DNA of 10,968 bases from Thermoproteota archaeon (GCA_037917625.1 JAVCBY010000042.1:1-10968); one strand, 5' to 3'. Positions 1 through 7,692 are shown, numbered from the stretch's first letter. The notes: generated by a model from the sequence alone, not told the origin. Program-made: numbers and translations.

Positions 1-745
1 TATTAAAGACATTTCATTAGAGTTCAGAGTTGGGAGGATATATGGTTTGATAGGACCCAATGGATCCGGGAAGTCTACGCTACTAAGGATGATGAACGGC
101 TTGATACCTCACTTCTACAGGGGGGAGATGGTAGGTAGAGTATTAGTGGATGGTATGGATACTAGGGAAGTTAGCGTAGCTCAATTAGCTAGGAAAGTGG
201 GGTTAGTCTTTCAGAATCCTGAGCATATGTTCTTCTCGGAATCCGTTGAGGAGGAGGTCTCCTTTGGGCCTAGATCCGTGGGGATGGGTGAGAGTGAGAT
301 CGAGGATTCTACAAGATGGAGCCTAGAAGAAGTGGGTCTCTGGGAGTTAAGGAGGAGGAGTCCTTGGTCCTTAAGTGGAGGGGAGATGAAGAGGCTCTCA
401 ATAGCTTGCATCCTCTCAATGAGACCTACTTTCATAGCGTTAGATGAGCCGACCCTGGGGCAGGATTCCATCTCTAAGGACTCCTTGATAAACTTGTTGA
501 GGAACTTGAGGGATGAGGGAAAAGGGATCATCGTCGTCACTCATGATATGGAGTGGTTGGAGGAATTAAATCCTGATGAGATCGTAGTATTGAGTAAGGG
601 GTCCGTTTATAAGAGAGGACCACCTGAGGATATCTTCTCAGATATAAGGGGCCTCGTCATGAATCAATTAATACCTCCAACCTCTTATCTCATTGAGAAC
701 CTTTTGAGGAGGTGTCTGAGTGTTCGATCCACTGGAAATGCTTGA
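1..745 (+). CDS. ecfA: ECF-type ABC transporter ATPase (EcfA/CbiO family), 5'-truncated
   Basis: Frame is open from base 2 (IKDISLEFRVGRIYGLIGPNGSGKS), so the true start lies upstream of the window and 47 is internal. Walker A GPNGSGKS, Q-loop FQNPE, signature LSGGE, Walker B IALDEP, H-loop VTHD; followed by EcfT. Confidence 0.92.
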   Translation, partial: IKDISLEFRVGRIYGLIGPNGSGKSTLLRMMNGLIPHFYRGEMVGRVLVDGMDTREVSVAQLARKVGLVFQNPEHMFFSESVEEEVSFGPRSVGMGESEIEDSTRWSLEEVGLWELRRRSPWSLSGGEMKRLSIACILSMRPTFIALDEPTLGQDSISKDSLINLLRNLRDEGKGIIVVTHDMEWLEELNPDEIVVLSKGSVYKRGPPEDIFSDIRGLVMNQLIPPTSYLIENLLRRCLSVRSTGNA

Positions 746-1481
746 GATATTCAGGGCAGGTCAGTTAGAGAGTGTATATGCTAAACTTAATCCCTTGGTC
801 AAGTTCATTCTGTTCATAATTTTCATAATACTCCCGTTGATATCCACTAGCTTCGTCCTCCAATTATTCTCATTAATAGCTCAGATCCCCCTGATATTGA
901 TGTCGAGATCCGGGAGGAGGGTCATTAGATCATTAAGAGCCTCAACTTTCTTCATTTTAATATTAATTGTTTTGAATTATATTACCACAAACAATATAAT
1001 TTTTAGTTTATCTATGGTGATCAGGTTGCTCGTAATGATAATAGCTTCAGCTATATTCATGAATGGATCTAACCCATCGGAGATAGGGGACATATTATTT
1101 AAAATGAGGGTCCCTGTATCCATTACTTTCTCCTTCATAGTGGCTTTGAGATTCATCCCCGTGCTAGCTGATGATTTCATGAATATAGTAGCTTCTCAAG
1201 CTAGCAGGGGTCATGAAGTGGAGAGGAGTGGCTTCATAAGGAGAGCTAAGAGCCTCCTCCCTCTACTGATACCCCTGATAGTTATATCTATCAGGAGAGC
1301 GCAACAATTGGCTGAGGCTTTAGAGAGTAGGTGCTTTGGATCGGGGAGGAGGACTAGTTATATCACCTATGAGGTGGGATTCATGGATTTACTCGCTCTA
1401 ACATACGCTGCTACTGTCTTGATCATAGGTTCTTTCTTGGCGACACTCCCCCTCGAGTTTCCACTCCTTCCTTTCCGATGA
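720..1481 (+). CDS. ecfT: ECF transporter transmembrane component T (EcfT/CbiQ family)
   Basis: Hydrophobic 253-aa protein with LNPLVK, ALRFIP and the two Arg coupling motifs (ASRG, ESRCF). GTG start with SD GAGGAGGTG at 706-714; overlaps the ATPase gene by 26 bp. Confidence 0.9.
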   Translation: MFDPLEMLEIFRAGQLESVYAKLNPLVKFILFIIFIILPLISTSFVLQLFSLIAQIPLILMSRSGRRVIRSLRASTFFILILIVLNYITTNNIIFSLSMVIRLLVMIIASAIFMNGSNPSEIGDILFKMRVPVSITFSFIVALRFIPVLADDFMNIVASQASRGHEVERSGFIRRAKSLLPLLIPLIVISIRRAQQLAEALESRCFGSGRRTSYITYEVGFMDLLALTYAATVLIIGSFLATLPLEFPLLPFR

Positions 1482-1484
1482 TAT

Positions 1485-1512
1485 GGAGTTGAAGATGTAT
1501 TATTTCAACTCC
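1485..1512. repeat. Perfect 9-bp inverted repeat GGAGTTGAA-N10-TTCAACTCC
   Basis: Arms at 1485-1493 and 1504-1512, immediately after the ecfT stop. Confidence 0.9.
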
Positions 1513-1525
1513 GACCCCTCTATTG

Positions 1526-1586
1526 TGGAGATGATGGAGTTGAAGGGGAGGGGTCTCTCCCTAGGCTTGGAGATGATGGAGTTGAA
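1526..1586 (+). repeat. Perfect 19-bp direct repeat TGGAGATGATGGAGTTGAA (x2)
   Basis: Copies at 1526-1544 and 1568-1586, 42-bp period. Confidence 0.95.
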
Positions 1587-1731
1587 ATATATCACATCCC
1601 AATTATTATATGTTTTCCTTATCGATGAGTGTAATATAATACTTTCGTGATACCTCATTTAAAAAGGCATCAAGTTTAAAGGTGGAGTTGATGCTTATCA
1701 TATTCAGGTCCGGGCGGAGGGGAAGTAGTGG

Positions 1732-2919
1732 ATGCCGGTAAATAGTATATTTTATGATAGCTCCTACATAAGCTATTCAATAATTAAAGATAAGAGGGTT
1801 CTGAGGGATTCATTCATACCTGATACTCTACCAGGAAGGGAGGAGCAGATATTCCAATTCACTAGGGCGTTATCAGATCTATTGAGCGACCAACCCCCGA
1901 GCGATGTAGCTTTCATAGGAAAGCCTGGAACTGGAAAGACCGCAGTAGTTAAGAACGTGGCTGGGAAGTTCAAACAGGAGTACCCTAACCTAAGGGCTAA
2001 GTTCGTTTATGTGAACTGTAGCCAAGCGACGACATCTTATAGAGTTATATATCAATTGAATAGAGCTCTAGGCGTTTTGGTCCCTCCCTCTGGCTATCCA
2101 TTCGATGTCCTCTGGGATAAGTTCATCGAAGCTTACTCATCCTCGAACTCCAGGCTCATAGTCATCTTGGATGAGGTGGATTTACTAGTCAGGAGGGATG
2201 GTGGTAGGATACTTTACTCACTCTCAAGGCTCAACTACGAGCTCGGAGGGGACTTGAGCATAAGTATGGTCGTGATAAGTAACACATTGGATTTCTTAGA
2301 GAGGTTGGATCCGAGGGAGAGGAGCAGCTTCGAGCCCCTGAGGATACACTTCCCCCCATACACTCAACCTCAGCTCTACAACATACTGAGGCAGAGAGCT
2401 GACTTAGGGATAAAGCTCGGGACTTGGGATGATGAGGCGCTTCATCTAATAGCAGCTAGAGTTGCTCAAGAATCAGGAGACGCTAGAAGAGCAATAGATG
2501 TCCTTAGAATAGCAGCTGAGATTGCGGAGGATGAGAGAGCTGAGAAGTTAACAATTAAGCATGTGGAGAAAGCCCTGAACTCAGTTAATGAGGAGGAGAT
2601 ATCAGTTACCGTGAGGACGCTTCCCCTTCACCATAGGTTGATATTAGCGGCTATAGCTGAGGTACTGGAGAGGCCTCAAGTTAGGCCGGGGACTGGGGTG
2701 ATATATTCCGTGTACAGTAAGAAGGCCCAGAGTTATGGTGTGAAACCACTCACGATGAGGAGGGTTAGCGGAATCCTGAGGGAGCTCGAATCCCTCGGCT
2801 TAGTCGAGATAAAGATGGATTACGGAGGGGCCAGGGGTAATACTAAGGTCGTGGAGAGGATGGCGATACCTCCGGAACAGGTGAAGTCCCTCCTCTTTCA
2901 GATGGGAATAAGAATGTGA
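1732..2919 (+). CDS. cdc6: Orc1/Cdc6 replication initiator (AAA+ plus winged helix)
   Basis: PDTLPGREEQ, Walker A GKPGTGKT, YVNC, Walker B ILDEVD, IHFPPY, sensor-2 GDARRAID, C-terminal winged helix (TMRRVSGILRELESLGLV). SD-like GGAGGGG at 1716-1722. Confidence 0.96.
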   Translation: MPVNSIFYDSSYISYSIIKDKRVLRDSFIPDTLPGREEQIFQFTRALSDLLSDQPPSDVAFIGKPGTGKTAVVKNVAGKFKQEYPNLRAKFVYVNCSQATTSYRVIYQLNRALGVLVPPSGYPFDVLWDKFIEAYSSSNSRLIVILDEVDLLVRRDGGRILYSLSRLNYELGGDLSISMVVISNTLDFLERLDPRERSSFEPLRIHFPPYTQPQLYNILRQRADLGIKLGTWDDEALHLIAARVAQESGDARRAIDVLRIAAEIAEDERAEKLTIKHVEKALNSVNEEEISVTVRTLPLHHRLILAAIAEVLERPQVRPGTGVIYSVYSKKAQSYGVKPLTMRRVSGILRELESLGLVEIKMDYGGARGNTKVVERMAIPPEQVKSLLFQMGIRM

Positions 2920-2920
2920 A

Positions 2921-2938
2921 TATATTTATGTAAATATA
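2921..2938. terminator. AT-rich palindrome between convergent cdc6 and DP1; possible bidirectional terminator
   Basis: TATATTTA-TG-TAAATATA fills 18 of the 20 bp between the two stop codons. Function inferred from position only. Confidence 0.4.
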
Positions 2939-2939
2939 A

Positions 2940-4334
2940 TTACTGAAAATTCATAATTTCAATCTCTAAATCCCTCAAATTTATTACGGGAACGTTCCCC
3001 ACGGTTACCTCTATCCCCAAGCTCCTTATGTAGGGGGTCTCATTCTCGAAAGTGCCTGAGTTGATCAGCTTAACTCCCTTATAATCCCCCACTCCGTAGA
3101 CGTGTACATGACCCGTATGAAGTACGTTAGGAGGATTCTCGATCAAGAGCCAATCCCTCCCCTCAGGCGATATAGGGTGCTCACCATATATGGGCGCTAG
3201 ATTCCTCAACCTCAAGATCCATGACATCGCTTCCACTACAGTTTGCGGGCTCACGGGCTGCAAGCCTGGTATGTGCTTCATAACAGCATTTAAGCTCCTC
3301 CCATGGTAGAGGAGGAAGTTCAAGTCCCCTATCCTCACCATAGATGGGTTGGGGAGGGCTACTATGTTCTGATTGGCATCCAACAATACATTTAAATATT
3401 CGGATTGAAGCTCCGGCTGAGGCTCAGCTTGCCTGACGGGCTCATGATTCCCCGGAATGTAAATCACTTTGATCCAACTCGGTACCCTGGAGAGGAACTT
3501 ACCGGCGTACTCGAATTGCTTATAGACATCCGATATCCTGAGCTCCTCCTCTTGATTAGGGTAGACGCCTATACCATCCACTAGATCCCCGCATATCATG
3601 AGGTATTTGACATCTCTCGCATCCTCACTCCTCAGCCATCTCAAGAACCTCTCGAAAGCTCCCTCATTGAAGTACCTACTTCCTATATGCACATCGCTTA
3701 TCATCACGACCCTCCCATAATGCCTCCCCCCGAGGACCTCATCGTTCCTCACATCCGGGAGGAAGATGCTCTCCCCATACAACTTCCCATTGATGTAAGT
3801 CCCCCTGACTCCTATCACGCTATCCAAGGGGGTCCTCTCAGCGAGCTCCCAAGCCTTGCTATCCCTCCTAAATATCACATTTAATGCGCCGCTCTCATCT
3901 TCAAGAATAATCTTTATTGATCCATCTTTCATTGAATTTTTTTCCATTATCATACCTACTATGAAGAGATTGTCCCCATTCCTACTCGTCTTATTCCTCA
4001 ACTCCGCTATGGGTATGGGCTCCAGGTCCACCCATCTCGATACTAAAGGCTTGAGCTTATCGAACCTCACTCTGATGAATTTGATGAACTCCTCAACGCT
4101 CCCAAGGATGCCCAAGTTATCTGGCTTCGAGATGACATCGAATTCTATACCGCCTCCTCTACTCCCAGCCTCTATTAAGGGGAGGATGTCCTCATAATCT
4201 ATGACGGGCTTACGAGGCAATAACTCCACTATCCTCTCAACATCATCCCTCTGCATCAAGCAGCTCAACGCTTCAGGAGTCAGATTGAGGCCCCTTCTCA
4301 AGAACTTTCTGAGCAGCTCGACTTCACTCATCAT
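2940..4334 (-). CDS. polB: DNA polymerase D small subunit DP1 (proofreading 3'-5' exonuclease)
   Basis: OB-fold region (IVGMIMEK, LEDESG) followed by calcineurin-like phosphoesterase motifs SDVHIGS, GDLVDGIGVYPNQ, PGNHE, YHG, HTGHVH, NSGTF. Confidence 0.94.
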   Translation of the reverse strand: MMSEVELLRKFLRRGLNLTPEALSCLMQRDDVERIVELLPRKPVIDYEDILPLIEAGSRGGGIEFDVISKPDNLGILGSVEEFIKFIRVRFDKLKPLVSRWVDLEPIPIAELRNKTSRNGDNLFIVGMIMEKNSMKDGSIKIILEDESGALNVIFRRDSKAWELAERTPLDSVIGVRGTYINGKLYGESIFLPDVRNDEVLGGRHYGRVVMISDVHIGSRYFNEGAFERFLRWLRSEDARDVKYLMICGDLVDGIGVYPNQEEELRISDVYKQFEYAGKFLSRVPSWIKVIYIPGNHEPVRQAEPQPELQSEYLNVLLDANQNIVALPNPSMVRIGDLNFLLYHGRSLNAVMKHIPGLQPVSPQTVVEAMSWILRLRNLAPIYGEHPISPEGRDWLLIENPPNVLHTGHVHVYGVGDYKGVKLINSGTFENETPYIRSLGIEVTVGNVPVINLRDLEIEIMNFQ

Positions 4335-4463
4335 GCGATCGGGGGATCGTAAGTTAAAATCGTTGGAGGGGTATGCGGAACTCCACCCCTCAAACTATAG
4401 CATGAAATGAAGATTCTCCGGATCCTTTTCTAAAAAAGATCTATCATTAAATATTATCGAAAA

Positions 4464-5219
4464 TTAAGTCATATCGCCGCAGGCGCACCAAGCCTCGTTC
4501 AATGAATCGAAGACCTCCCCGAACCCCTGGAAGTACTTAGCTGAGATGGATATCACTCTTATTGGGGATCTGAAGGAAGATATAGCGTTTAATAGGTCAT
4601 TTAGGGCATCTGCATAAACACCATACCTCCCCTCCAGTAAACTCGTCTCCCCCCTCAGGACTGCCTCCCATACATCGCTGAAATCCCTCCCTCCCCAGAG
4701 ATCTGATTTATTGAGCACGGGAATTACCTTGACCCCAAGCTTCAACTCCAATATCTTCGCGAGGAGGGCAGAAGATATCAAGTCCTCTAAATCTCTCTTT
4801 GGATCGTAATCCCCTAAGTAGATGGATAGGAGCCTCATACCCCTAGATAACCTCTCGCATAAGGCCCTCCCAGTCGGTCTGAATGCGAATATCTCCATCT
4901 GTCCGGGCGTATCTATTATCAAGGTGTCGCAACTCAGCGATATGAGGGATTCAACTATATCATCGGATCTATCGACCATCAGGTCTGCAGCTCTCACTAT
5001 AGCACCATTGGGCCCTAAGTTCTCCCTCCTCATCAAATCCTCCACGCTTATAATATCCCTTATATCGTAAGAGGGCTCGTAAGGTAGGGAATGTGCTCCG
5101 GGATCTAAGTTAACCGGGCAGCTCTCGATCAAGAAGCTCTTATTCAACCATTTCGAGAAGTTCGCTGTGAATGTGGTCTTGCCCGAGCCAGCCGTACCTA
5201 ACACGATAACTCCTTTCAT
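4464..5219 (-). CDS. GPN-loop GTPase (ATP_bind_1 family)
   Basis: G1 GTAGSGKT, NLDPG, GPN loop LGPNGA, G3 DTPGQME, G4 NKSD, G5 SAK. SD GGTGG upstream on the minus strand. Confidence 0.92.
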   Translation of the reverse strand: MKGVIVLGTAGSGKTTFTANFSKWLNKSFLIESCPVNLDPGAHSLPYEPSYDIRDIISVEDLMRRENLGPNGAIVRAADLMVDRSDDIVESLISLSCDTLIIDTPGQMEIFAFRPTGRALCERLSRGMRLLSIYLGDYDPKRDLEDLISSALLAKILELKLGVKVIPVLNKSDLWGGRDFSDVWEAVLRGETSLLEGRYGVYADALNDLLNAISSFRSPIRVISISAKYFQGFGEVFDSLNEAWCACGDMT

Positions 5220-5264
5220 CCTACCACCAAAAATTTTTAGGTCGTGGTGGAATTAAAGAACGGT

Positions 5265-5367
5265 GCCGGGGTACCCTAGCCAGAGGGCCAGCTACCGGCT
5301 AAGAAAGGGGCCGGACTCGAGATCCGGTGGCCTCCGGGCCTCGTGGGTTCAAATCCCACCCCCGGCG
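5265..5367 (+). tRNA. tRNA-Ser(CGA) with a predicted 19-nt D-loop intron (5284-5302)
   Basis: Acceptor GCCGGGG/CCCCGGC with discriminator G; D-stem CCCT/AGGG; anticodon arm CCGGA-CTCGAGA-TCCGG (CGA at 5318-5320); long variable arm GGCC-TCCG-GGCC; T-arm GTGGG-TTCAAAT-CCCAC. D-loop is 28 nt unless spliced. No encoded CCA. Confidence 0.93.
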
Positions 5368-7692
5368 TTAATTAGATATCTTATGGAGCCTCAATAGATC
5401 TGATTTGAAGGGGCTCAACTCCTCAGGTATCTCCACTTTTATCGGTTCCCTCATGCTGAGGTTCCTCTCCTTCCTCATCCTCCAGATGCTGCTGTTGAAC
5501 TCCATTAAAGCTTCGCTCAACTTGAGGTAGTCCGTGTAGTACTCATCCCTCGGCTCAGGGAGGCTCTCTAAGTGGACTGAGCCCCCATAAATCTGTCTCC
5601 ATATATAATCAGTTATGTGAGGTATTATCGGTGCCGAGAGCTTCAGGACTGTCCTTAGGACTTGATGTAGGGTCCATCTAGCTGACCTCACCTCTACCTC
5701 ATCTCCCATACCGTAAGCCCTCTCCTTGACCAACTCGATGTAATGAGGGGCGAAGACATCCCAAACGAAGCTCCTTATCTCATTGGCCGGATCGAAGAAA
5801 TCAAATTTCTTATAGCCGTTTAACGCTCTCTCTATAGCTTTATTCAATCTACCCAATATCCATAGATCAGTTGGCTGCAAGTTCACTCTATCAGGCTCCT
5901 CGAATTGGGATATGAACCTAGCGACGTTCCATAGCTTTTGGAGGAACTTATAGGCGCCTTCTATCTTCCTCTCGGATATCCTCAAGTCAGATCCATGGTG
6001 AGCCTCAGCAGCGCCGAAGAACCTGACTGCATCAGCCCCATATTTCTCGAAAAGGGGCCAGGGATAGATCACGTTTCCTAAACTTTTATGCATAGCTCTC
6101 CCCTGAGCATCTAAACCCATGCCGGAGAGCCAGACGTGCTTGAAGGCCTGCCTTCCCAATATCTGGTGGACCCTGAGGAACGTGTAATGGAGCCATGTCC
6201 TCACTATATCCTTACCTTGAGGCCTCAAGTCGCTAGGTCCGAGCTTCTTGAACATCTCATCGTTCCAGAGGTATCCGTTGTAAACGAGAGGGGATATGGA
6301 GGAATCGAACCAAGTATCGAATACTCTCTCCTCTCCTTCAAAGCCATCCGAGGAACCGCAGTGAGGGCACCTATCGAATGGAGGATCTTCCTTCCAAGGT
6401 CTGTAATACTTCCCTGGTCTCGGTAGCACCGGCTTACCGCAGCTCTTACAGTACCATATAGGTATCTCCGTAGCGTAATATCTCCTCCTCGATATGGGCC
6501 AATCGGAGCTTATGGATCTCAACCACTCCCTCCAATAGTTAGAGGACCACTCAGGGTAGAACTTGATAGTATTCAAGTAATTCTCGAGATCTCGAACGAA
6601 ATCTATCTGCTTGAGGTAGTATTCCCTCATGGGGATTATCTCGAGCGGAGTCTTGCACCTCCAGCAAACCGGAGTCCTATGAATTATATCCTCAACTCTC
6701 TCAACGAATCCTTCTTCCTCCAGATCTTCTATTATCTTCTGCCTAGCTTCGCTTATCGTAAGCCCCTTGTACCTTCCAGCCGCTTCATTCATTAGACCAT
6801 CCTCATCCACTACCATCTTAGGATCGAGCCCCAACTCCCTGAAGAGCTGTACGTCCATCTTATCCCCGTAAGAACATACCATCACTAGACCAGTTCCGAA
6901 CTCGGGGTTAGCGTACGGATGCTCTAATACCGGAACTATATCCCCCAGGGGAGTGACCAACCTCTCCCCCCTGAGCCAATGGTATCTAGAGTCATCAGGG
7001 TTGTATATCACCGCTCTGCAAGCTGGAAGTAGCTCGGGTCTAGTAGTAGCTATAGTGACCCTCTCATCACTCCCCTCAACTCTGAACCTCAAGTAGACTA
7101 ATTTTGTTGGTATCTCACTATACTCAACTTCAGCATCAGCTAGAGTAGTCCTGCACCTCGGACAGTAAACGTTAGGCCTATAATCTTCATAAACGAATCC
7201 CTTGCTCCATGCATCGATGAAAGTAGCTTGAGTCACCATCCTCCATAACTCGTTATCAGTCTGGAAGTATTGCTCAGTGGTGAAGCTTATCCCCAACCTC
7301 CTGGTTATCGAGACTATATCCTGCTCAGCCTCATCCAAGAACTCCCTGCAGAGTCTTATGAACTCCTCCCTCGGATATTCGAACATCCTTATCTTGTATC
7401 GCTTCTCCGTCTCCACCTCAACTGGGAGCCCGTTCCTATCTATCCCGAGGGGGAAGTAGACCTCATAACCCATCATCCTCATGGTCCTAGCTATCATATC
7501 TATCTGAGAGTAGTGGATCGCTGCTGCTATGTGCCACTTCCCGCTAGCGTAAGGTGGAGGGGTATCTATTGAGAACGCAGGCTTCTCCGTATTCGGATCG
7601 AACTTATATATCCTCTCCTCATTCCAGATCCTCTGTATCTCGAGCTCCATCTCGGGAGACCAGTGCTTCTCCTTGAGCCTTGGCTCTAACAA
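5368..7692 (-). CDS. valS: Valyl-tRNA synthetase
   Basis: FSIDTPPPY, editing domain ATTRPELL, FGTGLVMVCSYGD, DWPISRRRYY, VFDTWFDSS, LRPQGKDIVRTW, YGADAVR, KLWNVARF. TTG start with SD GGAGGGG. Confidence 0.95.
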   Translation of the reverse strand: MLEPRLKEKHWSPEMELEIQRIWNEERIYKFDPNTEKPAFSIDTPPPYASGKWHIAAAIHYSQIDMIARTMRMMGYEVYFPLGIDRNGLPVEVETEKRYKIRMFEYPREEFIRLCREFLDEAEQDIVSITRRLGISFTTEQYFQTDNELWRMVTQATFIDAWSKGFVYEDYRPNVYCPRCRTTLADAEVEYSEIPTKLVYLRFRVEGSDERVTIATTRPELLPACRAVIYNPDDSRYHWLRGERLVTPLGDIVPVLEHPYANPEFGTGLVMVCSYGDKMDVQLFRELGLDPKMVVDEDGLMNEAAGRYKGLTISEARQKIIEDLEEEGFVERVEDIIHRTPVCWRCKTPLEIIPMREYYLKQIDFVRDLENYLNTIKFYPEWSSNYWREWLRSISSDWPISRRRYYATEIPIWYCKSCGKPVLPRPGKYYRPWKEDPPFDRCPHCGSSDGFEGEERVFDTWFDSSISPLVYNGYLWNDEMFKKLGPSDLRPQGKDIVRTWLHYTFLRVHQILGRQAFKHVWLSGMGLDAQGRAMHKSLGNVIYPWPLFEKYGADAVRFFGAAEAHHGSDLRISERKIEGAYKFLQKLWNVARFISQFEEPDRVNLQPTDLWILGRLNKAIERALNGYKKFDFFDPANEIRSFVWDVFAPHYIELVKERAYGMGDEVEVRSARWTLHQVLRTVLKLSAPIIPHITDYIWRQIYGGSVHLESLPEPRDEYYTDYLKLSEALMEFNSSIWRMRKERNLSMREPIKVEIPEELSPFKSDLLRLHKISN

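Larger units (their letters stand above)
1448..1731. other. Candidate chromosomal replication origin (oriC): ORB-like repeats plus AT-rich unwinding element
   Basis: Largest intergenic gap in the window, directly upstream of orc1/cdc6. Six GGAGT[T/G]GA(A) copies in both orientations, G-strings, and a stretch at 1585-1665 that is about 75% AT (hand count 20 G+C in 81). Confidence 0.72.

Noticed and set aside
728-739. Canonical mini-ORB-like TCCACTGGAAAT
   Set aside because: Single copy inside the ecfA/ecfT coding overlap, about 700 bp from the cluster, with no G-string; probably chance.
1526-1586. Direct repeats as a mini-CRISPR array
   Set aside because: Only two 19-bp copies with a 23-bp spacer, partial copies in both orientations, and no cas genes; position beside cdc6 fits ORBs better.
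3438-3455. DP1 GNHE instead of the usual GNHD as a sign of inactivation
   Set aside because: Conservative change; GNH(D/E) is normal in this phosphoesterase superfamily and the other metal-binding motifs listed are present.
3687-4410. Plus-strand ORFs antisense to DP1, and the similar short antisense ORFs within ecfA, ecfT, cdc6, the GTPase, valS, DUF99, GGGP synthase and sucC
   Set aside because: Shadow frames of well-supported genes with no recognisable motifs.
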